64,000 bases of DNA from a virus. The notes under the pieces are model-generated. The model was not told the DNA's origin, made no database searches, and saw only the letters and a program-made list of their open reading frames with translations. The translations under genes were made by a program, and so were the position numbers. The first letter of the stretch is position 1. Each line of letters opens with the position of its first letter. This document shows positions 10,194 through 20,100 of the stretch, piece by piece. The DNA lies in the IMG/VR virus record IMGVR_UViG_3300045974_000156, positions 1 to 64,000 of that record; one strand, written 5' to 3'.

Positions 10194-10198
10194 GAAAT

Positions 10199-10257
10199 TT
10201 GACTTCTTATTTTCAATGGTATACGGTCCTCTGATAGTTACTCTAACATTGGAGATC
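10199..10257 (+). promoter_or_regulatory. promoter plus RBS-sequestering hairpin for the HNH gene
   Basis: TTGACT-17 bp-TACGGT. GGT(C)CTCTGAT(A)GTTA (10225-10240) can pair with TAACATTGGAGATC (10244-10257), covering GGAG. Confidence 0.5.
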
Positions 10258-10261
10258 ACAC

Positions 10262-10936
10262 ATGGCTTTAACTAGACAGAGGAAAGTTACTCCCGAAATA
10301 GAAGCACAAATACGCAAAGAATATGAGGCAGGAGCATCCACTCCGTATCTAGCGGAGAAATATAAGATGTCTAGACCCACAGTTGGCTATTCTATTCAGA
10401 ATGCTGGAGGATCTCTAAGAGGAAGAGGCGGGCACATTTCTTCCCCAATAACTGGATTTGCAAATGATGAGATGCTGGTTAGAGAGGTTCACGCTGAATA
10501 TGAGAATGGTAAATCTCTTAAGGTTATAAAGCAGGAGAGAAATCTGAGTGCCCACGAAAGCATGATACTTAGCTCCTTCCGTAAATATGGTTTAGCAGTA
10601 AGAAACTGCGGAACTGTCCCTACGGTAGAAGCCTATATAGATAACCAAGGATATCGCAGGGTCAGAATAAACATAGAAGATCCCATGTGGAGTATGGCTC
10701 TATCAGGATATTATGGTGATAACAGGCGCACAGCCACAATCCTAGAGCATCGTCTAGTGATGGCTCGCAAGATAGGTCGCCCCTTGCGCGAAGAAGAAAC
10801 AGTCCACCATATAAATAATAACAAGCTAGACAACCGCCCCGAGAACCTTGAGCTTCATGTCGGTAATCATGGCAAGGGCGCGACACAAGCACACTGCCAT
10901 ACCTGTACATGTTTCAACGGCTCACAAAATATCTAG
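10262..10936 (+). CDS. free-standing HNH homing endonuclease with two N-terminal HTH-like repeats
   Basis: EHRLVMARKIGRPL...VHHINNNKLDNRPENLEL; repeated EYEAGAS/EYENGKS HTH starts. Confidence 0.9.
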   Translation: MALTRQRKVTPEIEAQIRKEYEAGASTPYLAEKYKMSRPTVGYSIQNAGGSLRGRGGHISSPITGFANDEMLVREVHAEYENGKSLKVIKQERNLSAHESMILSSFRKYGLAVRNCGTVPTVEAYIDNQGYRRVRINIEDPMWSMALSGYYGDNRRTATILEHRLVMARKIGRPLREEETVHHINNNKLDNRPENLELHVGNHGKGATQAHCHTCTCFNGSQNI

Positions 10937-10943
10937 CCCAGCG

Positions 10944-10972
10944 TTGACAACTAATCTGACCCTTGGTAGTGT
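10944..10972 (+). promoter_or_regulatory. sigma70-like promoter, probably giving a (near-)leaderless mRNA
   Basis: TTGACA-17 bp-TAGTGT with extended TG; ATG at 10980 and no SD. Confidence 0.6.
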
Positions 10973-10979
10973 AATGCCC

Positions 10980-11732
10980 ATGACCAAACCCAACGATGAA
11001 GTCGCAGCCGAAGCGCCCCTGGAGCATATTCCCGACGACCCAGGATACCACAATAAAAACCTACCAGAATCAATCACCAGAGTAATAGACGGCGGCACTT
11101 GGAAGAGGCAGGACACGGTGGTCCTGCTCCCAGCGGATACTCTAGTGCCCATGAAGTGCGCTATGTCCTGGTGGGGGCTTATATTTCCAGCCAATAACGG
11201 AGTAGTTAAGATCGGGCTCACCGGTCAGGAAGTCGGGGAAGCATATTCTAATGCTGTTCAGATGGTTCTAGATACCCCTCAACTACATAAATTTAAGTAC
11301 ATTCTTACAATCGAACACGACAATGTTCCCCCTCAGGACGGTGTATTACGGCTAATGAAGCGCATGGAAGAGTTCCCTGAATACAGTGCAATATCAGGAC
11401 TTTATTGGACTAAGGGAGAAGGCGGCGCACCTCAGATCTGGGGAGATATCAACGACCCACAGCTTAACTTTAGACCACAGCCTCCAGATCCGAATGGTGG
11501 TGTAGTTGAATGCTGTGGCATCGGTATGGGATTTGCGCTTTGGCGCATTGATATGTTCAAGGACGAGAAACTACGCAAGCCTTGGTTCAAGACAACATCC
11601 AGTAAAGAAGAAGGCATGTGTACTCAAGACCTATATTTCTGGACTGACGCTAGAAAATTTGGTTATAGGTGTGCCGTGGCGTGCGATGTACTGGTCGGGC
11701 ACTTCGACCACAAGACCGGAATCAACTGGTAG
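10980..11732 (+). CDS. GT-A fold (GT2-like) glycosyltransferase
   Basis: YILTIEHDNVPP (DXD-equivalent), ISGLY, GIGMGFALW, PWF, TQDLYF...GY...DVLVGH. Start revised from 10848 to 10980 to remove overlap with the HNH gene. Confidence 0.8.
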   Translation: MTKPNDEVAAEAPLEHIPDDPGYHNKNLPESITRVIDGGTWKRQDTVVLLPADTLVPMKCAMSWWGLIFPANNGVVKIGLTGQEVGEAYSNAVQMVLDTPQLHKFKYILTIEHDNVPPQDGVLRLMKRMEEFPEYSAISGLYWTKGEGGAPQIWGDINDPQLNFRPQPPDPNGGVVECCGIGMGFALWRIDMFKDEKLRKPWFKTTSSKEEGMCTQDLYFWTDARKFGYRCAVACDVLVGHFDHKTGINW

Positions 11733-11737
11733 AACCG

Positions 11738-12442
11738 ATGAGCGAACCCATTAGTTTTACTGATCCAGAATCTAGAGACTTCATCTGCACACCATACAGC
11801 ATCTGGTTTTTCGAGAACCAGATATGGAACACTATGTCTTGGTGTGGGATAAAGACGATGAAATCGCCTTCTGATATGTGGAATTATCAGGAGATAATTA
11901 GTAGAGTACGTCCTAGCCTTATAGTAGAGTTTGGGACGTATCAAGGTGGATCTGCACTATATATGGCAGAGATCCTGAGAACCCTTGGTCTCAAGTCTAG
12001 GGTCCTGACCGTAGACCCCAATGATTGGGGTATTCCAGATCAGGTCCGTAATCACCCGCTGATAGAGCTACATAGGACTATCTCCATAGACCCTAAGATA
12101 AAAGAAAGAATAAAGCTCCTGCGCGAAGCATACCCTGGTCCGATGTTTGTAATATTGGATGGGGATCACTCGGCAGAGAATGTATATCGTGAGCTACTGA
12201 TCATGAAGGACTTGACAGTTGCTGGCGACTATCTTATAAACGAAGACTCTAACATGAACGGGCATCCGATCATGTTGGATCACGACGGAGGATCAAGAGA
12301 TCCGGCTACATTTAAGCCCGGTCCTTGGGATGCGCTGAGAGCGTATGAAGAACAGTACCCGAATGACTACATTCACGATATAGCTATGGAGCATAGGTTC
12401 GGGTGGACACTAGCAACTGATGGCTATCTCTTGAGAAAGTAA
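11738..12442 (+). CDS. CmcI/cephalosporin-hydroxylase-family SAM methyltransferase (rhamnosyl O-methyltransferase-like)
   Basis: WCGIKTMKSPSDMWNYQEII..VRPSLIVEFGTYQGGSAL, VILDGDHSAENV..EL, GDYLINED, GPWDAL, DGYL. Start revised to 11738. Confidence 0.88.
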   Translation: MSEPISFTDPESRDFICTPYSIWFFENQIWNTMSWCGIKTMKSPSDMWNYQEIISRVRPSLIVEFGTYQGGSALYMAEILRTLGLKSRVLTVDPNDWGIPDQVRNHPLIELHRTISIDPKIKERIKLLREAYPGPMFVILDGDHSAENVYRELLIMKDLTVAGDYLINEDSNMNGHPIMLDHDGGSRDPATFKPGPWDALRAYEEQYPNDYIHDIAMEHRFGWTLATDGYLLRK

Positions 12443-12444
12443 CT

Positions 12445-13458
12445 ATGCCTAAAACAACACCACCAGGATATCCGTGTGGGTCAGCCTGCACAAGTAGAAA
12501 CCACCCCGGAGACTTGCTAGATTGCAATGATGTTAGCCTAATCGGACTACGATGGGCTCATGTAGAAGACACAGATTTACGAATGAGAATAATTCAGGAC
12601 GATTACAAGGAACTAATAAACCAATACAAGGAGCAAAAAATGGGAACACTCGATTACAAGGCAGTTACGACACTACCGGTAGGGCTAGAGGCTGCGAAGC
12701 TGCGTCAGCAGATGGAGGAACTACAGGCTAAGTTAGATAGCCTACCCAAATCTCCAGCAGACGAACTCAAGGCTAATCTAGATAAGCTATCCTCCAAGCT
12801 AACGGCTTTGGAGAATCCACCACCAAAGGTTACACCCGGTCTGAAGCTAGATCTTGGATGTGGTAATGCCGCTGCCAAGAAGCCCGGATTCATCGGCGTA
12901 GATATGGAGCAACGCGACGGTGTAGACTTGGTAGTAGATCTTACCAAGTTCCCGTGGCCATGGGCGGATAACTCAGTAGAGGAGGTTGTATGCTCGCACG
13001 TTGTCGAGCATATTCCAGCCATCGACCACGATTTCGTGCTGGTTAAGGATCCCGGCACCGACCTAGGGGTCTCTGTTCAGCGCGTCACCACCTACCCACG
13101 TATGGCGTTCTTTAATGAGCTATACAGGATTATGAAACCAGGGGCTAAGGCTTTTATCGAGACTCCCCACTGGGCATCAACCCGAGCCTATGGTGACCAG
13201 ACCCATGTATGGCCCCCTGTGTCAGAAATGTTCTTCTTCTATCTAAATAGGGAGTGGCGAGAGAATAATACTCCGCATTTCGACGCTAAACAGCGCCCGG
13301 AAGGGGCTAAGGGCGTCTTTACATGCGATTTCAAGTCCACCTGGGGCTATTCACTAGCCGGGTGGATGCAGGGGCGTAATGAGGAGTGGAAGCGTGACGC
13401 CTTGGATCGCTTCAAGGAAGCCGCTCAGGATACTCTCTGTACTCTGGTTAAGCAATAA
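12445..13458 (+). CDS. class I SAM-dependent methyltransferase with N-terminal coiled coil (possible start at 12640)
   Basis: KLDLGCG, GFIGVD, VDL..FPWPWADNSVEEV..SHVVEHI, NELYRIMKPG, TPHW...AYGDQTH. Confidence 0.85.
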   Translation: MPKTTPPGYPCGSACTSRNHPGDLLDCNDVSLIGLRWAHVEDTDLRMRIIQDDYKELINQYKEQKMGTLDYKAVTTLPVGLEAAKLRQQMEELQAKLDSLPKSPADELKANLDKLSSKLTALENPPPKVTPGLKLDLGCGNAAAKKPGFIGVDMEQRDGVDLVVDLTKFPWPWADNSVEEVVCSHVVEHIPAIDHDFVLVKDPGTDLGVSVQRVTTYPRMAFFNELYRIMKPGAKAFIETPHWASTRAYGDQTHVWPPVSEMFFFYLNREWRENNTPHFDAKQRPEGAKGVFTCDFKSTWGYSLAGWMQGRNEEWKRDALDRFKEAAQDTLCTLVKQ

Positions 13459-13460
13459 CC

Positions 13461-13506
13461 TTCCCCAAAGGGGCTCCCTAGTGTAAAATAGGGCACCAGG
13501 GAGCCC
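13461..13506 (+). promoter_or_regulatory. promoter inside an RBS-sequestering hairpin
   Basis: GGGCTCCCT(13471-79) pairs perfectly with AGGGAGCCC(13498-506, contains the SD), plus GTG/CAC. TAAAAT -10 at 13484-89 lies in the loop. Confidence 0.65.
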
Positions 13507-13508
13507 TC

Positions 13509-14540
13509 ATGGCTAGTCTTGCTATTACACATTCTTTCGTATCTGGAGTCGCAGACGGGGCAGATACTACTCTAGTCAGACCTTCTGACTGGAATAATAC
13601 ACATTCCATAACAGATCAGACATTTGATATATCCCACCTATCTCCAAGTGTAAGGCTAATAAATCCAAGACAGCTTGCTACTCTACGATGGTATCCGGCT
13701 AATTTGGTTGGACATACACCCCTAACAGGCTACACAGGAATACAAGGTTGCTGTTTTGATGGACTGAATATTTGGATAGGGTGTAATGGTGGGCTAAATA
13801 ATGTCTACAGATATAATCCCTATACTGGTGTGGTCACTACTGCTAAAACGGGAGTCACTACTCAAACTCTTTGTTTTGATGGTACGAATGTTTGGGGCGC
13901 AGCAGGCTCTACAGTTTTCTGGATTAACGCCGGGACACCGACAACGAATGGAACCATAACTGCCGGAACCAGCACTGTAGGTTGTTGTTTTGATGGGCAA
14001 TATATATGGGTTTCCGACGCAGGGTCCAACAATATATATAAAATCAACGCAGCAACAAAGACACTGGTTAGCGGTTATTCGGTCGGGCGAACCACCTATT
14101 CTTGTTGTTTTGATGGAACTTATGTCTGGTTTGGTGGATATCTGAATACAGGGCTAGTAAAATTTAATCCAACCACCAATACAGTAGTTAGTACTTATAC
14201 ATTCCCAACTTTTACAGGACCTGTCTGTTATGATGGTCAGTATTTGTGGACTGCGTATTATAATTCAATCGGACCCGGTGCTGTCTATAAAATTAACCCG
14301 AGTGACGGATCTATATTAAGCACTCTCACTCCGGGTAGCTATTTTTCTGCGGGTATTTGTTTTGATGGGAAATATATATGGGTATCCAGTATTGCTGGTA
14401 GCGTTGTTACTCAGATATCCACGGCAACCGGTACCATAATAGGTAATTACTCTGCAGGTACCAGCCCAATTAATATTTGCTTTGACGGGTCTAAAATTTG
14501 GGTTACTAATAATGGTGTTGGGTCTCTACAGATACTATAG
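13509..14540 (+). CDS. 7-bladed beta-propeller (YncE/Vgb-like) virion protein, paralogue 1
   Basis: Seven C-[FY]-DG-x-x-[IVL]-W repeats; N-terminal ITH...D...VRPSDWN..H motif. Confidence 0.8.
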   Translation: MASLAITHSFVSGVADGADTTLVRPSDWNNTHSITDQTFDISHLSPSVRLINPRQLATLRWYPANLVGHTPLTGYTGIQGCCFDGLNIWIGCNGGLNNVYRYNPYTGVVTTAKTGVTTQTLCFDGTNVWGAAGSTVFWINAGTPTTNGTITAGTSTVGCCFDGQYIWVSDAGSNNIYKINAATKTLVSGYSVGRTTYSCCFDGTYVWFGGYLNTGLVKFNPTTNTVVSTYTFPTFTGPVCYDGQYLWTAYYNSIGPGAVYKINPSDGSILSTLTPGSYFSAGICFDGKYIWVSSIAGSVVTQISTATGTIIGNYSAGTSPINICFDGSKIWVTNNGVGSLQIL

Positions 14541-14548
14541 GTCAAGAT

Positions 14549-15565
14549 ATGGCTATCACTCACACACTTGTTAATACAAATCTAGATAATTCTAATACAA
14601 CATTGGTGCATCCTGGGGATTGGAACGCCGATCATGTGATCGCCCCCGGGTCTATCACGCAGCAGATGCTAGCCCCCGGTGCCTATGTAAACTATGATCA
14701 GGTAGCACAACTCAGATGGTACGATGTTAATCGGACAGGATATGCTATCTCTACGCAACCGCAGCCTTGGGGTGGCTGTTTTGATGGTCAAAATATTTGG
14801 GTAGCAAACTATGGCGCATCTATTATGTCTAAGATAAATGTCAATACTTTGTCAGTGGCTAATGTAACAGTAGCGGGATCACTCACCGGTTGCTGTTTTG
14901 ACGGTCAGAATATATGGGCCACCAACACGGCTGGTTTATATAAAGTTCTAGCATCTACCGGAGCTACAGTGGGTACCTATACTATGCCATACGCATCATA
15001 CGCAAATTGTTGCTTTGATGGGCAGTATGTGTGGACGGCTAATTATTATAACACTAGTGTAACAAAATTTAATACATCCGGAGGCGTAGTAGGAACCTAC
15101 CCTGTTGGCGGTAATGCTTATTTCATTTGCTTCGATGGCACATATATTTGGACATATAATTATTCTAGTACCGCAGCCTCCATCAGTAAGGTCTTAGCCT
15201 CAAATGGAACCTTGGCTGGTGGACCATATTCAGCCCCTAATGAATCTGGAGGTCAAGGTGGCATTTGTTATGACGGAAAATATATTTGGGCGGGAGGGAC
15301 TTCTGTAGCTAAGTATGATCCATCTACTGGTACTAGAATTCAAACCATATCAACACTTGGTGGAGGAACTTGGGGCATGTGTTCAGATGGTTATTACGTA
15401 TGGACTGGCACAGGTAGTGCATCAGGGTATATTAATAAGATTAGGTGTTACGATGGTGCCCTGATAGCTACCCCGACCATAGGCGGCACTGCTGTGTCAC
15501 CCTGTTATGATGGTGTCAGAACTTGGGCTTTTTCATACGGTGGTAACACAGCGTATATTTTATAG
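14549..15565 (+). CDS. 7-bladed beta-propeller virion protein, paralogue 2
   Basis: Seven CxDG..xW repeats; same N-terminal ITH...VHPGDWN..H and QLRWY motifs. Confidence 0.8.
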   Translation: MAITHTLVNTNLDNSNTTLVHPGDWNADHVIAPGSITQQMLAPGAYVNYDQVAQLRWYDVNRTGYAISTQPQPWGGCFDGQNIWVANYGASIMSKINVNTLSVANVTVAGSLTGCCFDGQNIWATNTAGLYKVLASTGATVGTYTMPYASYANCCFDGQYVWTANYYNTSVTKFNTSGGVVGTYPVGGNAYFICFDGTYIWTYNYSSTAASISKVLASNGTLAGGPYSAPNESGGQGGICYDGKYIWAGGTSVAKYDPSTGTRIQTISTLGGGTWGMCSDGYYVWTGTGSASGYINKIRCYDGALIATPTIGGTAVSPCYDGVRTWAFSYGGNTAYIL

Positions 15566-15580
15566 TATTATGGTAACCAT

Positions 15581-16606
15581 ATGACTATTACTCATCAAAA
15601 AGTTAATACATACTCGGACGGAACACCGGCTACCGTTGTTCAACCTAGCAATTGGAATGCTACTCATACGATTGGGGCAGGGACCATAGGTTTAGCAGAG
15701 CTAGCCACAAATGCCATCCTAAATAGACAACAGATCGCCCAACAAAGATGGTACCAGGCTAACAAGACGGGAACCACTATCACTGTAAGCACAGGACCAT
15801 CTTACTGCTGTTGTGATGGTCAAAATATATGGGTATCTAACTCAGGAACTACAACAATATCAAAGATATCCATAGCAACCAAGACAGTAGTGGGCACCTA
15901 TACCGTAGGGACTAATCCTTATGGATGTTGTTATGACGGTCAAAATATCTGGGTATCTTGTTACGGCTCTAATAGGGTGTACGTTATAAAAGCATCTGAC
16001 GGTAGTGCAGTTAATAATTACGCGACAGGAACTGGACCTATCGGTATCAGTTTTGATGGTCAAAATATATGGTGCTGCAACTATGGTGGCGGCTCAGGTA
16101 ATACAATTACTAAATTACTGGCTAGCAACGGAAGCTTAGTCGGAACGTACTCCACAGGCACAGGTCCAAATTTGTGCTGCTATGACGGCACTTATATATG
16201 GACTAGTAATTACGGACCAGGAACAGGTAGTACTGTATCCAGATTATTGGCGTCGGACGGTAGCTCCCAGGGTACATTCGCGGCAGGTACTACGCCAGTC
16301 GGCATGTGTTTTGACGGTATTTATATTTGGGTATGTAATAACTCTGGAACCACCATTACAAAGCTCAAGGCGTCTGACGGATCCTCAGTAGGAACCTACA
16401 CACTAGGTAGTCAACCACAAAGTTGTTGTTTTGATGGTAGGTATGTTTGGGCAACGAACTATGCCAGCGGAACTGTTTATAAAGTATCCGCTGGAGATGG
16501 AACCATTCTTGGACCTTACACTGTAGGATCACTACCGATGGGGATTTGCTTCGATGGTGCCAATATATGGGCTGTAAATAACGGTGGAAATGTAACTCTT
16601 CTATAG
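15581..16606 (+). CDS. 7-bladed beta-propeller virion protein, paralogue 3
   Basis: Seven [CS]xDG..[IV]W repeats; ITH...VQPSNWN..H and QQRWY motifs. Confidence 0.8.
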   Translation: MTITHQKVNTYSDGTPATVVQPSNWNATHTIGAGTIGLAELATNAILNRQQIAQQRWYQANKTGTTITVSTGPSYCCCDGQNIWVSNSGTTTISKISIATKTVVGTYTVGTNPYGCCYDGQNIWVSCYGSNRVYVIKASDGSAVNNYATGTGPIGISFDGQNIWCCNYGGGSGNTITKLLASNGSLVGTYSTGTGPNLCCYDGTYIWTSNYGPGTGSTVSRLLASDGSSQGTFAAGTTPVGMCFDGIYIWVCNNSGTTITKLKASDGSSVGTYTLGSQPQSCCFDGRYVWATNYASGTVYKVSAGDGTILGPYTVGSLPMGICFDGANIWAVNNGGNVTLL

Positions 16607-16615
16607 GATAATATT

Positions 16616-16894
16616 ATGTCAGACATCAGCGGCGCTACAGGATCACCTCCGTTAATGACTATACTTCCAGCGCGCATAGGACCAATACTTAATTGGCGAT
16701 GCCCAAAGTGCTTATATATACATAGAGCACCAGCCCCCGAGGGCACACAAAAAGTCATTTGTTCCTGTATTGGGACTACCCAAAAGAGAACCACTAACGA
16801 AGTGGCTACAATATGGGTTTTTGATCCCATGGACCCACAGATGGCTGGGCACGTTTCAGTAAATAGTTGTACAATAATGGAGAGGGTTACCTAA
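16616..16894 (+). CDS. small hypothetical protein with possible Zn ribbon
   Basis: AGGA RBS; CPKC...CSC. Confidence 0.55.
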   Translation: MSDISGATGSPPLMTILPARIGPILNWRCPKCLYIHRAPAPEGTQKVICSCIGTTQKRTTNEVATIWVFDPMDPQMAGHVSVNSCTIMERVT

Positions 16895-16899
16895 TAAAA

Positions 16900-17100
16900 A
16901 TGGACTGCCAAGCCGCTATATCATGTCGCTCGACCATCAGGGAGACTCTTGCCCCCAGTGATGAGTCGTGTGATATGGAAATCCAGATCCCCATCGAGAT
17001 AGTGTACAGGGTCAGGTCTAGACCGAGCCGCGTGATCATTCCGCGCCGTAGACCAGATCCGGCTACCTATCCGACCGGACCACCGGCTAGAGGTATCTAG
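16900..17100 (+). CDS. 66-aa hypothetical protein carrying one acidic repeat unit and a basic Pro/Arg tail
   Basis: Fills the gap before the giant gene; RETLAPSDESCD resembles the giant protein's repeat. Start revised from 16867. Confidence 0.5.
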   Translation: MDCQAAISCRSTIRETLAPSDESCDMEIQIPIEIVYRVRSRPSRVIIPRRRPDPATYPTGPPARGI

Positions 17101-17102
17101 TA

Positions 17103-20100
17103 ATGGCTATTCAATTTATAGGCGCAACCACAGCGACAATAACGCTAACAACCTCTGTACAATACCCATTCATTTACGCTACACCCGATTGGCAACCCGG
17201 GGATCTTACTCTTCTACAAATCGTAGGGTGGAGTAAAAACTATATAGATCAGTCAGCCATAGCCGCGTACTGGCCTCAATGGACACTACTGACTAGTGAT
17301 GCAGATCAAACAATATACTACACTACTCAGACTAATCAGATCTGCGCCCAGACATATATATCTGGTTCTGGTGCTAATGTCGTCATTAACATGGCTACAT
17401 ATAGAGGTGTTAGTTCCGCAACATTTATAGGATCTTACGCACCCTCCGGGCTTGGGACAGTAGCAGCCCCTGTCAACGTTTCATGGAATAGCGGAGCTTC
17501 AACTACAGGTCCTTATAACGTTGTTGTATGTCTAGGCGAAGCAGACATGCTCAACTCGTCCGGAAATGCCTCGATTGCGTCATTCCGAGCTACTGGTGCC
17601 ATAACGACAACTAGGATAACAAGTACTAATCTAGTAACTGGTACTGGTGGATATAAGTTTGCTACTTCCGGAGGAATTTGGGATGTAGTAAAACCGACTG
17701 CTAGCGTGATAGGGAATCAAACCATTTCCTTTACTACATCAGGCGTCGGACCTTATTACAATGTCGAAGCAGGTATTGCCGAGGTAGAGTTAACTAGAGA
17801 TTATGCACCACAGTCAATCGAAGATGATAGTGACGCAATAGCTTCAGACTCATGTGACGCAAATGTATCAAGCTGTAACGAGGAATCCGAAGTCACTTCA
17901 ACGGCAGATGACTACCGTGCTGGATTCTATGTAAACGTAGTAGAGAACGAAGCCCCTATTCCGTCAGATCCTAGTGATGCAAGATTCTCCATAAATCTAG
18001 GCGAATCAGAGTCTCAGTCAGTAGATGATACTCATTGCTGGGACATACTCCACTCTGGTCATTGGGTCCGCAATACTAGTTATGCTGATATCGGATTAAT
18101 GACGACCGTAACCGTAACCATAACAGTACCTACATTGGTAGGATATGGCACCGCAGTATTTAAGAATGATGCAGGTACACTAACCCTGGGTATGCCAGCG
18201 GGCATACAATCTGGCGATATATTAATTGTTGCAATGAACGTCAATGGGGGTGCCTCAAGCACCACGCCTGCCGCCCCGTCAGGCTGGACACAAAAAGGTT
18301 GGGTAGTAAACAACCAGTTATCAATGTACTGGAAGCGCACGGATGGAACTGATACGAACGTAACCTTCTCTACAGCCATCAACAGTAGGTGCCTTGGTTT
18401 TGTCGTAGCATATAGAAATTGCATCGCCTCTGGAGATCCGTTTGATGTAGTCGGAACCTGCGCGAATGTATCAGGCTCATCCAATGCAACAGCACCTTCA
18501 ATAACAACAACTACTGCTAATAATAAAACTATAGCCTTAGGTATGGGTGTAAGTTTTTCAGGAAGCAGCGCCGCGTTGTCAGCCACATCCGGACCAGCCC
18601 TAAACCTAGTATCGCAGCAGATAAATTATTGGGCCGGGGCAGCATATCTGTATGGTGTCGGCGTATGGGATGTTACTAGTGCAACACCCGGGGCAACTGG
18701 AGCAGAAGTTATAAACTGGAGTGGTGGTGCCACTAACGTATTTACCGGCGCTCAGTTATTTTCATTACTCGGATCTACATTTACCAGTGCAGCGATAGCT
18801 CCAAGTAATTTTGTAGCTTCAGATTCTTTCGGGTCTATCAATAAAGCAGTCTCGATAGAAACTGAATCCATACAACCGTTAGATAACGTAGATAAAGCCG
18901 CCACTCTAGCTGGACGACTGCCGACTGCTGATTACGCAACACCTTCAGACGCTAATTTATATACTATGCGCTTGAATGCAGGAGGGGCTCGGGCGTCAGA
19001 AACTCAGGTACTGGTTGACAGCCTTGACGCTCGCGTAAAGTCTAGAAATATTGAAAATGACGTAAGTTCTATAGGTACTATCTCGTATGTAGGATCTGGC
19101 GCAACTGCACTGAGCCATAGATCCGCAGTAGAGGTATACGCCCCAATAGGTATCCTACCGGGGGATGTATTATTTCTAGTAATCGATACACTTTATGACC
19201 AGAACCAAACGGGTGTATACCCATCCATAGAAGGAACTTGGAGTACTCTGGCTGGTTTTGGAAACTGTGCAGCCATATTCTGGAAGTATGCAGAAGGTAC
19301 CGAGACATCATTTACATTAGACGGTACAAATGGCTCCTACGCATCAGCGTTTACCTTCGCATATCGCAATTGTAGCCCAGTTAATGCGGTAGGGTCTTAT
19401 AACTACAGTCAGGTAGGAGGTTCCACCACCTCGTTAACGACTATGACCCCGCAGATTCCTGGTTCTACTTTGGTGATGATAGGTGGAGGGTTAGTTCAAG
19501 ATCCTTCACTTATCTGGAATAATCCAGTAGTCGGTCCAATACCCACGACACTAAGAAACTCTACTTACTCAAGCTTCATAGGGTCGTACCAAACAAGTAT
19601 GGCTCTGTGGGATACTGTACAGACAGTCCCTGGAGCCACAGGATCTCCTACTATCTCTTACTCTGACGCGACCAGCGTCACATTATTCGGACAGTTCATA
19701 GCCCTATCCCCTGTATATAGCTATGTTGAGGAAGACGATACCGCAGGATTAATGATAAGTGCCAAGGAGGTAGAATCTACATACCTAACCCCCGTTGTTC
19801 TACCCGCACCAAGACCCTCGTTCGTAGCTGCCGGTGCGGTAGTCAATACATACGCAGCAACTACCTTATCAGTACCCCTCCCGGCAGGAATTCAGACAGG
19901 CGATTTACTAATAATCCAAGCCAACAACATAGGCGCAGGTCAGACAACTCCGGTCCCTGTGGCTCCAGGTTGGACCCTTCTTAATAGCTACGCAGCGTGT
20001 CTGGATGCCTTCTGGTACAAGATAGCAGTTCTTCCAGAGCAGCCAGTAACACTACAGACAACAACGCCCAACTGCTCTTTCTCTGCCGTGATGGTCGCCT

